From: a virus
Strand: one strand, 5' to 3'
DNA length: 41,255 bases
Virus record (IMG/VR): IMGVR_UViG_3300008255_000048
Within the stretch, counting starts at the first letter, position 1, and each line of letters starts with the position of its first letter. The position numbers and the translations under genes were made by a program. The notes beneath the pieces are model-generated. The model did no database searches. It saw only the letters and a program-made list of their open reading frames with translations, and had not been told where the DNA came from. Shown in pieces: positions 1-6,454 of this stretch.

Positions 1-123
1 CTCATCCCGTGAGTTAGGGATATCCCGCCAAGCCATAAGGAGCAGACGCGCCCGCCTGATTGCGCGGGGCGTGGACCTGCCCAAGCCTGTCAATAAATTA
101 CTTGGCGAGTTCGAGCCGGACAG
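1..123. repeat. Direct terminal repeat, copy 1 (identical to 41133..41255); likely a circular or circularly permuted genome linearised by assembly
   Basis: Bases 1-123 (ctcatcccgtgagttaggg...ttcgagccggacag) recur exactly at 41133-41255. A coding frame continues across the junction. Confidence 0.9.
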
Positions 124-235
124 AAAGCAGACTGGCACCACGTCTACGGTGCGATGCTGGCCGAAGTCGATAGCTGTGGAGACTGGTTTGTCCGGCCTCT
201 CGTGGCCGATGATGCGGGCAACATTCAAGACCTGA
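2..235 (+). CDS. 3' portion of the junction-spanning HTH DNA-binding protein (5' part at 41050..41255; about 105 aa when circularised)
   Basis: Frame 2 reads SSRELGISRQAIRSRRARLIARGVDLPKPV... to TGA at 233-235. It continues the ORF that starts at ATG 41050. The NVSASSRELGISRQAI segment looks like a Fis/resolvase-type helix-turn-helix. Confidence 0.6.
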   Translation, partial: SSRELGISRQAIRSRRARLIARGVDLPKPVNKLLGEFEPDRKQTGTTSTVRCWPKSIAVETGLSGLSWPMMRATFKT

Positions 236-1044
236 TCCTGCAAGTTCGTGACGGCAAGGTCACAGATGGTCATAGCGTCCTGTCTCTCACGCCCGGCGAT
301 ATTCATGTCGACACAATCGAGCCGGAGATGGAATCCGCACTTGTCGACATGCTCGACATATTGAAACCTGCCGAGTTGCACCTGCACGATGTTCACGATC
401 ATCGGTCCCGCTCGCACCATGATCGGCGCGATCCCTTCCGGCAATTCCAGCTGCACAATGAGGAAGCCGATGATGTTCTGGCAGAGGTCCGCGATGACGC
501 AGCATTCCTGACCCGCATTGCCCGGCCTGAAACCCACGCTATCGTGATAGCATCAAACCATGATGATCATTTACGTAAGTGGCTGGCGGAATCTGATTGG
601 CGGCAGGACCCTAAGAATGCCCGGTTTTATCTGCAAGCTGCTGATGCTACGCTGGCCGCTATCGAGGAGGGCCGGGGCTTCCTGCTGCTGGAATGGGCTT
701 GCAGGCGCGAGGGCTGTCCTGGTGATGTGACGTTCCTGCGGCCTGATCAATCGCACAAGGTGGCGGATATCGAGTGCGGCCTGCACGGGGACAAGGGCGC
801 GAACGGCTCACGCGGATCGCTTGCCAGCCTGTCCCGCATCGGTGCGAAGGTGAATATCGGACATGCACATATTGCCGGGATCAAAGACGGTGCATGGCAA
901 GCCGGGCTGCACGGCGGAAACCGGGATGTGACGATGGAATATGCAACCGGCCCGTCTAGCTGGTCACGGTCCTTGATTATCATTTATCCCCACGGCAAGA
1001 GGTCGATGGTCACAATGCGTGGCGAGAAGTGGCGTGCTGAATGA
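154..1044 (+). CDS. Calcineurin-like metallophosphoesterase family protein
   Basis: 296-aa ORF with an ordered metallophosphoesterase motif set: PGDIHVD, LHDVHDHRS, ASNHDDH, GLHGDKG, GHAH. ATG 154 is the only canonical start after the frame-1 stop at 94-96. It overlaps the upstream HTH ORF by 82 nt. Confidence 0.7.
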   Translation: MLAEVDSCGDWFVRPLVADDAGNIQDLILQVRDGKVTDGHSVLSLTPGDIHVDTIEPEMESALVDMLDILKPAELHLHDVHDHRSRSHHDRRDPFRQFQLHNEEADDVLAEVRDDAAFLTRIARPETHAIVIASNHDDHLRKWLAESDWRQDPKNARFYLQAADATLAAIEEGRGFLLLEWACRREGCPGDVTFLRPDQSHKVADIECGLHGDKGANGSRGSLASLSRIGAKVNIGHAHIAGIKDGAWQAGLHGGNRDVTMEYATGPSSWSRSLIIIYPHGKRSMVTMRGEKWRAE

Positions 1045-1249
1045 TGTAGCGGGTCACGGGATTTATCAGACGCCCGCACGCCTTTAATGCCGAAGCAAAG
1101 AATGGGTCACGCCCAAACTCGATAAGACCCTGACCGCTGATCGGGCGGCTTTAGTATTGGCGCCCCCCGGCCCCTGTTCCACATCGCAAGGGATGCTGCG
1201 GCCTTCAGGCAGCTTGGGGATACTCCGGAGCCTGCCGCCAATATCGTTA

Positions 1250-1977
1250 GGGGCTGACATAGATAGCTGAGAAGGGTTATTTATGTCAGATGGTTAGCGT
1301 TCGGCGTCGGAGCAGGCTTCCCGTAAGTATTCAGAATGAGCTTCTGAAGTACTTCTGTGCAGGGGTGACAGCGCGGTCTGCGGCAGAGCTGACGGGGGTG
1401 AACCGCAATACGGCGATCCTGTTTTTCCACAAGCTCAGGGAAGTGATTTTCGAGGAGCTGGCGGCTTTTGATCCCGGCCTGATGAGCGGCGGGATCGAGG
1501 TGGACGAGAGCTATTTCGGCGGGCGCAGAAAGGGCAAGCGGGGCCGTGGCGCGGCGGGAAAAATTCCCGTCTTCGGGTTATTGAAACGCGGCGGAAAGGT
1601 TCATGCCGTCATCATCCCGAATGCCCGTTCAGACACGCTTATTCCAATCATCCGTGAGAAGATCAGGCCGGACAGTATTGTCTATACCGATGCTTTCGGC
1701 AGCTATGATGTTCTGGATGTCTCGGAGTTCCGCCACATGCGCATCAACCACTCCAGGCTGTTCGCCGATCAGCACAATCATATCAACGGAATCGAGAATT
1801 TCTGGAACCAGGCCAAGCGTCATCTGCGAAGCTATAACGGCATCCCGCGGCAGCATTTCCACCTGTTCATCAAGGAGTGCGAATGGCGATTCAACTACCG
1901 CCCCGTTGCCAATCTCGCTCATGTCCTGCAACAATGGTGGTTCAAGTAAAGGCAGGCACACTATCTATGTCAGCCCC
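1250..1977 (+). mobile_element. IS1595-family insertion sequence (IS1016/ISXO2-like size class, 728 bp) with terminal inverted repeats and 8-bp target-site duplication
   Basis: A perfect 17-bp IR is present: ggggctgacatagatag at 1250-1266 and its reverse complement at 1961-1977. It is flanked by direct repeats tatcgtta at 1242-1249 and 1978-1985. A single DDE transposase ORF fills the element. Confidence 0.9.
1290..1949 (+). CDS. IS1595-family (ISXO2-like) DDE transposase
   Basis: 219 aa. The N-terminal HTH (LLKYFCAGVTARSAAELTGVNRNTAILFFHKLR) and the core (EVDESYFGG...GKIPVFGLLKRGGKV...VYTDAFGSYD...HMRINH...NGIENFWNQAKRHL) match the ISXO2/IS1016 transposase pattern. Confidence 0.9.
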   Translation: MVSVRRRSRLPVSIQNELLKYFCAGVTARSAAELTGVNRNTAILFFHKLREVIFEELAAFDPGLMSGGIEVDESYFGGRRKGKRGRGAAGKIPVFGLLKRGGKVHAVIIPNARSDTLIPIIREKIRPDSIVYTDAFGSYDVLDVSEFRHMRINHSRLFADQHNHINGIENFWNQAKRHLRSYNGIPRQHFHLFIKECEWRFNYRPVANLAHVLQQWWFK

Positions 1978-2050
1978 TATCGTTAATAACGCACAGGCAT
2001 TGATCGCTGTCAAGTTCCAGAATTGCCCTTGCCATCCGGGATTGGGCAGG

Positions 2051-2440
2051 TCATTGAACCGGTCCTTCCGGCACGTCCACGTCTTGTAGGAACAAAGCAA
2101 TAGCCCTCGTCATTCTCTGTTGATCGCGCGAAATCATCGCAGAAAGCACATAGGCTACGGCCTCGGTGTATATCTCGTCAGGAATCATCGAGCAGGCCGC
2201 GGAAACGAAATTGGACATAGCCATCACCACGGCATCGGCGGGGCCATTTCCGTCTTCATCCGCCAGTTCTTGCAGGGTATTTTGCCATCCGGACATCGTG
2301 CAAAAGTAAACCGTGTGTTCTGGTTTCACATCGTGACGCCGGTCGGCGTCACAAAAGCGTCTGATCGCTTTCTCCAATTCGTTCATACGCGGCATCATTT
2401 CTTTGGGTAAACGAACGGTATGTGAATTTCCTTCATTCAT
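2051..2440 (-). CDS. Hypothetical protein (last gene of the leftward early operon)
   Basis: ORF of about 129 aa. ATG at 2440 overlaps the upstream TGA (TGATG). A strong SD (ggaggtgaa) lies 5-8 nt upstream. The track start at 2443 is a GTG. Confidence 0.6.
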   Translation of the reverse strand: MNEGNSHTVRLPKEMMPRMNELEKAIRRFCDADRRHDVKPEHTVYFCTMSGWQNTLQELADEDGNGPADAVVMAMSNFVSAACSMIPDEIYTEAVAYVLSAMISRDQQRMTRAIALFLQDVDVPEGPVQ

Positions 2441-2802
2441 CACTTCACCTCCAGGTTGGCGAGTTCAAGCAAAACATCTGCATGGCACGGGGCATCGAGC
2501 GGACACCAGCAGGCCAGATTCTTGCCGCGAAGTTCGGCAATGTCGTCAAAGCAGCCCAGACGTGGGCCGTCCGTCCGGTATAAGTGAACAGCCTCAACCG
2601 GTGAGAGTTCGCCGGTTTCCCCGATACAAACCTCACAAAGATCATCGTCATATATCTGATAGACTTCGCCGACCTTGAAAGGATTCCCCCACGGGCTAGG
2701 ACGTGCCACATTGACGGCAGGCAGTCCGTTGATAGCCTCGCTCTCAGCTTGCAGGTTAAACCCCTTCTTACGGGACAGGCGTATGCGGGCTGGGCGGGTC
2801 AT
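2440..2802 (-). CDS. DUF4326 domain protein
   Basis: 120 aa carrying RPSPWGNPF ... GKNLACWCPLDAPCHADVLLELAN, the signature of DUF4326. It has an ATGA overlap with the upstream gene. Confidence 0.75.
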   Translation of the reverse strand: MTRPARIRLSRKKGFNLQAESEAINGLPAVNVARPSPWGNPFKVGEVYQIYDDDLCEVCIGETGELSPVEAVHLYRTDGPRLGCFDDIAELRGKNLACWCPLDAPCHADVLLELANLEVK

Positions 2803-3200
2803 GCTTCAGCCTCCTTAAACGTCACGCCATTGCGTGAGCCATATTCATAAATGATCTCGATCATGTCTGTCATCTGCTCCTTTGATAGCCTGCTGGACGA
2901 GCGAAGCGACAGGAAGCCGTTGTTCTCCCAGTTCGGGACAGCACGGGTTTCCACTTTTAGAGCGTCCAGAAAAACCAGCTTCCAGTCTTCTTTTGGAAGC
3001 TTCATCCCATACCATGTCGTCTGCTTGGCGATCTCGCCCAGACAAGACCACATGAGTGCATTCTGCGCAAGCGTCCTCTTGCGGGTGGCGATCAAGGTCC
3101 ACCCCTGCCCCAAGCGATTGCCAAGCCATGCAATCATCCGGCCCGCCTTTTCATAATCGGCTGGCCTGTGCAGGGATATGGAGTAATGATCGTCTGCCAT
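2799..3200 (-). CDS. ninB: NinB/Orf-family recombination mediator
   Basis: 133 aa. RTLAQNALMWSCLGEIAKQTTWYGMKLPKEDWK matches the NinB pattern. It has a TAATG overlap with the upstream gene. Confidence 0.7.
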   Translation of the reverse strand: MADDHYSISLHRPADYEKAGRMIAWLGNRLGQGWTLIATRKRTLAQNALMWSCLGEIAKQTTWYGMKLPKEDWKLVFLDALKVETRAVPNWENNGFLSLRSSSRLSKEQMTDMIEIIYEYGSRNGVTFKEAEA

Positions 3201-3499
3201 TAGAAAGGAATCTCGTCGTCCATATCATCGGCCTGCTGCTGGTCGTCTTGCCGGGCAGGTTCGGCCTCACGATACCCGCCGCCGCCTTGCTCCGGCTTCA
3301 CCTTCAGGCCGACATTATAAAACGGATTGCCGTCCTTGTCCTTGCGAAGTTCGTTCGTCTCACGGTCTGTCGCGGCATAGAGATTGATCCAGCAATCGGT
3401 CCCGTCCGGCAGCTTGATGGTGCCGCCGTAAGAGTGGGGTTTTGACTTGTCCGTGTTTTTGAAAACGGAGCCCTTCCCGGGGTTGTGTTCGTAAGCCAT
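3200..3499 (-). CDS. Small ssDNA-binding-like protein with an SSB-type acidic C-terminal tip
   Basis: 99 aa ending QQQADDMDDEIPF (SSB-Ct-like D-D-E-I-P-F). It is preceded by a Gly-rich linker and sits between the Rad52-like and NinB genes. Confidence 0.5.
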   Translation of the reverse strand: MAYEHNPGKGSVFKNTDKSKPHSYGGTIKLPDGTDCWINLYAATDRETNELRKDKDGNPFYNVGLKVKPEQGGGGYREAEPARQDDQQQADDMDDEIPF

Positions 3500-4215
3500 T
3501 ATACTTCACCTTTCTCTTTGATGCGCGTCATGGATTTCCAGATTTCGGATTTTTGCGCCTTGGTCATTTTCTCAAGCGTCCCGCGATTTTGCTCGATAAA
3601 CTCGTCAACATCGGCGGGCGTGTGGCAGAAGTGGTTAATAGTCTGCACAACCATTCCTGCCATTGTGCGCTCGCCTCGCGTTGCCATTCCAATCGTGTCG
3701 CTGTCTTGAACGGATTGCAACGCCGCGTTTAGTTTGGATTGCGCGTTCTCGTAATCAATCATCCAGCTATTGCCCCGTTTCTTGACGGGCGCGTAAGTGT
3801 TGCCAAGGTTGTAGAGATAGCGACCAATGCCCCACGCCACGGCGGCGCGCTTCAGTGCGTCGGAATAGTCGCCCTTGTTGGCGTCCTGCTCTGACAGACC
3901 AGCCGACGCCTGTCTAGCGCCTGCACCGTCCGACTTCCACACCCACTCGCCATTCAGCAAGATGCCGATAGAACACGTCAAGCGACCGTCTCCACCGTCC
4001 TCGTGCCGACATTGCCAGCCCGCAACACCGCACACATCATCAAGCCGGTCCTGAACGGCGCGGGCGTCCATATAGGCCAGAACAAGCGCGTTGGCTTTCC
4101 CGTCCTTTTCAAAGACCTGCTTGATCCTCCAGTCAATCTCACTTGGCGCAAACGGCGCAGCAAGGTCTGACTGAATTACCCGAAGCATCGGGTCTTCAAA
4201 GCTATCGTCCATCAT
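3499..4215 (-). CDS. Rad52/Rad22-family single-strand annealing protein
   Basis: 238 aa. LAYMDARAVQDRLDDVCGVAGWQ ... KGDYSDALKRAAVAWGIGRYLYN is a typical Rad52-type SSAP core. Confidence 0.8.
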   Translation of the reverse strand: MMDDSFEDPMLRVIQSDLAAPFAPSEIDWRIKQVFEKDGKANALVLAYMDARAVQDRLDDVCGVAGWQCRHEDGGDGRLTCSIGILLNGEWVWKSDGAGARQASAGLSEQDANKGDYSDALKRAAVAWGIGRYLYNLGNTYAPVKKRGNSWMIDYENAQSKLNAALQSVQDSDTIGMATRGERTMAGMVVQTINHFCHTPADVDEFIEQNRGTLEKMTKAQKSEIWKSMTRIKEKGEV

Positions 4216-4414
4216 CTTCCCATCCCTTCAATACAGTCAGCCGCTCGATCAGATTGCCCAGCCGTTGACGCTGGGCTTTGGATAACCCTGCAACGCGGGC
4301 GATGCTTTCCACGGCTTCTGTCTGGCGCTCAAGTTCTGCGATGTGATGGCGAGCCCACTTGAATCGCCATGTGTCAAACCGGCCAGCGTCCACCGTTTCA
4401 GCTTGTGCGGTCAT
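4202..4414 (-). CDS. Hypothetical protein (70 aa)
   Basis: ORF in the operon chain. Its ATG overlaps the upstream stop (ATGA at 4411-4414). Confidence 0.5.
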   Translation of the reverse strand: MTAQAETVDAGRFDTWRFKWARHHIAELERQTEAVESIARVAGLSKAQRQRLGNLIERLTVLKGWEDDGR

Positions 4415-4536
4415 CCTTCAGTCCTTTCGATGTAAATGCTTCCACGCGGTTCCGTCACCATCGCCACGCCTGCGAGAATAATAAGCAGCGATCCGAATAC
4501 CAGGAACCCGGTCAGTATGTCCTTGATCGTTTTCAT
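4411..4536 (-). CDS. Small membrane protein (41 aa), below the ORF-track cutoff
   Basis: Hand translation gives MKTIKDILTGFLVFGSLLIILAGVAMVTEPRGSIYIERTEG. It has one hydrophobic helix and ATGA overlaps at both ends (4533-4536 and 4411-4414). Confidence 0.55.
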   Translation of the reverse strand: MKTIKDILTGFLVFGSLLIILAGVAMVTEPRGSIYIERTEG

Positions 4537-5198
4537 GCCGCGCGCCCTTCAATCACATCAAGCCGCCGGAAGTTATCCCCACGCTTAGGCCCGCCGGGCT
4601 TAGCTTCGATCAGCGAACGGATTTGCTTTTGCATGTCCTGCAATTCATCAGCGATGGCAGACATGCGATCAAGCGCTTCATTGCATTCGCGGTCAAGATC
4701 GGACGTCATAATCCCCCCCTTGATATTATCCTCGCCAAGCAGTTGCCTGGCGCGTTCCAGATCGGCGCGGGTCATGGTGACTGTCACGGTGTCAGGTTTG
4801 ATGGGCGGAAGTATGAGGTCAAAATCAGACTTAAGGCCGCTCAGATACGCTCCATCAAGATTGAGAGATTGGGTCGATCCATTATCTTGTCTTGTGATCA
4901 AACCATACCCGATAACCTCGGCCTCGCCCCCTCCCCGCGTCGAATATGTCTCCCCAACTTTGAACGGGCTGTTAATAAAGACAGGCTCGCCGGGTAGCAC
5001 TTCGACAATGCCGAGGGTTGAATCAGAATCGTCATAAAATTTACCACATGAGTTCCATACGATGCCATAGTCATTGCCGCTTAGACACCAAGGCCGCAAA
5101 CTTTCATTTCTATAGACCAACGGGCCAACGATAGCCCCATTGCGCAGGCAGCCATAGCAGCCTTCGGTGATATTCAGATCAGTCATTTTCATCTCCAT
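4533..5198 (-). CDS. Hypothetical protein (about 217-221 aa)
   Basis: Long ORF in the operon chain. ggaga precedes the third in-frame ATG (5186), so the true start may be 5186. Confidence 0.6.
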   Translation of the reverse strand: MEMKMTDLNITEGCYGCLRNGAIVGPLVYRNESLRPWCLSGNDYGIVWNSCGKFYDDSDSTLGIVEVLPGEPVFINSPFKVGETYSTRGGGEAEVIGYGLITRQDNGSTQSLNLDGAYLSGLKSDFDLILPPIKPDTVTVTMTRADLERARQLLGEDNIKGGIMTSDLDRECNEALDRMSAIADELQDMQKQIRSLIEAKPGGPKRGDNFRRLDVIEGRAA

Positions 5199-5215
5199 AT
5201 TTGATGCGTGTGATT

Positions 5216-5638
5216 TCAGGAAGGGTTACAGACCTGCTCAACGTCATTTCCGGAGCCAAACTTCGGATGCAGGTTCGCCATATGAGCCGCAAGATTCGAA
5301 AACGTCCGGTTACAGCACGGGCAGACGCCGTTTTTGATGCGATTGCGCGTTCGTGTCGCTACACCTTTGTAAGCCGCTTTTGAGGCCGCTTCACGGTTCG
5401 CGCGTTCACGCTCAGCCTTGGCCTCGTCCATCCACATCGCAAGCCTCTGCCGAGCCTGCGAAAGTTCTTCTTGAAGCCGCTGCTCTTTGGTGGGGCCTTT
5501 GATAAAAGCACGGGGATGTCCGTTCGGGCAATAAAACGTAAAATCCTCCCCCCTTGCCTTGGCTACGTTATAAAGATCGCGCGGCATTCCAAATGTTATG
5601 CCGCAGCACCCAGCGTGGACTAACTCGAAGTCAGACAT
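5216..5638 (-). CDS. Zinc-finger protein (Cys clusters plus a C2H2-like CPCCNRTFSNLAAHMANLHP motif)
   Basis: The ATG at 5638 overlaps the upstream TGA (TGATG), so it is preferred over the track start at 5686. Residues GCCG...YCPNGH and CPCC...H....H suggest metal binding. Confidence 0.6.
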   Translation of the reverse strand: MSDFELVHAGCCGITFGMPRDLYNVAKARGEDFTFYCPNGHPRAFIKGPTKEQRLQEELSQARQRLAMWMDEAKAERERANREAASKAAYKGVATRTRNRIKNGVCPCCNRTFSNLAAHMANLHPKFGSGNDVEQVCNPS

Positions 5639-5856
5639 CACAGACCTCCGTTTGCAGCGTTGATAAACAGCGCCAGAGCTGTCCATAGCCCGGCGAAAAT
5701 CAGCAGGACCGCCACACCCTTGGCCATGTCGGCCAGAAAGTGCAGGGCACGGGGTGCCGGGCGAATCCGTGCCGGTGCAGGCGGTGGCGTCCAGCCCGGC
5801 AATTCATCCTGTGTAAAATTATCACGAGCGGGGGTGAAGGTGTCACGGGTTGCCAT
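5638..5856 (-). CDS. Small membrane protein (72 aa)
   Basis: Hydrophobic C-terminal segment VAVLLIFAGLWTALALFI. An aggag SD lies 9 nt upstream. It is coupled to neighbours at both ends. Confidence 0.55.
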   Translation of the reverse strand: MATRDTFTPARDNFTQDELPGWTPPPAPARIRPAPRALHFLADMAKGVAVLLIFAGLWTALALFINAANGGL

Positions 5857-5960
5857 TACGTGTTCTCCTGTTGATCTGTGGCATAAGCGATAAACTCACG
5901 CATGACGCGGGGGTTTACGGCATCAACGGAAGGCCAGCCGTTTTCTTCTCTAATGGACAT
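5856..5960 (-). CDS. Small hypothetical protein (34 aa), below the ORF-track cutoff
   Basis: Hand translation gives MSIREENGWPSVDAVNPRVMREFIAYATDQQENT. An aaggaga SD lies 8 nt upstream, and there are TAATG overlaps at both ends. Confidence 0.5.
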   Translation of the reverse strand: MSIREENGWPSVDAVNPRVMREFIAYATDQQENT

Positions 5961-6148
5961 TATGGAGTCTCCTTCGGTGTGTCGAGTTGATCTGCGATAG
6001 CAGATGCGGTGATCGGGCCAAGCCATTCCATAAGCTCATATCGGTCAACGATCTGGCCCTCGCCCTCATAGTGGAAGCCCGTCAAGGAGATCAGGAACGT
6101 CTCGGGGTCAACGCTGTCGCGCTGAACGGTGAGGGTGGCAGTGCTCAT
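5960..6148 (-). CDS. Hypothetical protein (62 aa)
   Basis: ORF in the coupled operon chain, overlapping the upstream stop. Confidence 0.5.
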   Translation of the reverse strand: MSTATLTVQRDSVDPETFLISLTGFHYEGEGQIVDRYELMEWLGPITASAIADQLDTPKETP

Positions 6149-6450
6149 ACCTGCTTCCCCTTCGTCATAAACTCGAAAGCATCTATCAGCCCGATGGCGA
6201 AGAAGCGCCCCGGCCTCTGGTCCGGATCGACGTGCATCCAGTCCTGATTGATCAGTTCCGCGCCCTCATCGCCAAGCCGTTCGGCCAGATGTTCCGCCAG
6301 TTCAGACCCGATGGAATTGACGGACGCGGCGAGAGCTTCACCCACCTTGCGGCCCGCGATGCGAACCGCCTCTGCCTCGCTGATGGCGTGTTCTTTAATC
6401 GCCTCGACATGGCGATTGGGAAGATCGTGTCTTTCGTTCGGATGGCTCAT
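6145..6450 (-). CDS. Hypothetical protein (101 aa)
   Basis: The ORF has a gaggag SD upstream of ATG 6450. Confidence 0.55.
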   Translation of the reverse strand: MSHPNERHDLPNRHVEAIKEHAISEAEAVRIAGRKVGEALAASVNSIGSELAEHLAERLGDEGAELINQDWMHVDPDQRPGRFFAIGLIDAFEFMTKGKQV

Positions 6451-6454
6451 TGCG

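Larger units (their letters stand above)
1084..2035 (-). pseudogene. Small hypothetical ORF (71 aa when restored) split by the IS insertion
   Basis: Deleting 1250-1985 (the IS plus one TSD copy) joins a minus-strand frame. That frame runs ATG 2035..2033 MARAILELDSDQCLCVIND|IGGRLRSIPKLPEGRS...SLLRH to TAA at 1086..1084. With the IS present it stops after 21 codons inside the IS end. There is no family match, so coding status is uncertain. Confidence 0.3.

Noticed and set aside
1-123. The terminal direct repeats as attL/attR of an integrated prophage, or as true physical terminal redundancy
   Set aside because: The repeats sit exactly at the contig ends and lie inside a continuous coding frame. 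No integrase or flanking bacterial genes are present. The gp3-like TerS suggests headful packaging, so circular-assembly overlap is the simplest explanation.
97-235. Programmed -1 ribosomal frameshift fusing the HTH ORF to the phosphoesterase ORF
   Set aside because: No X XXY YYZ slippery heptamer or obvious downstream structure appears in the overlap. It is reported only as an unusual overlap or possible indel.
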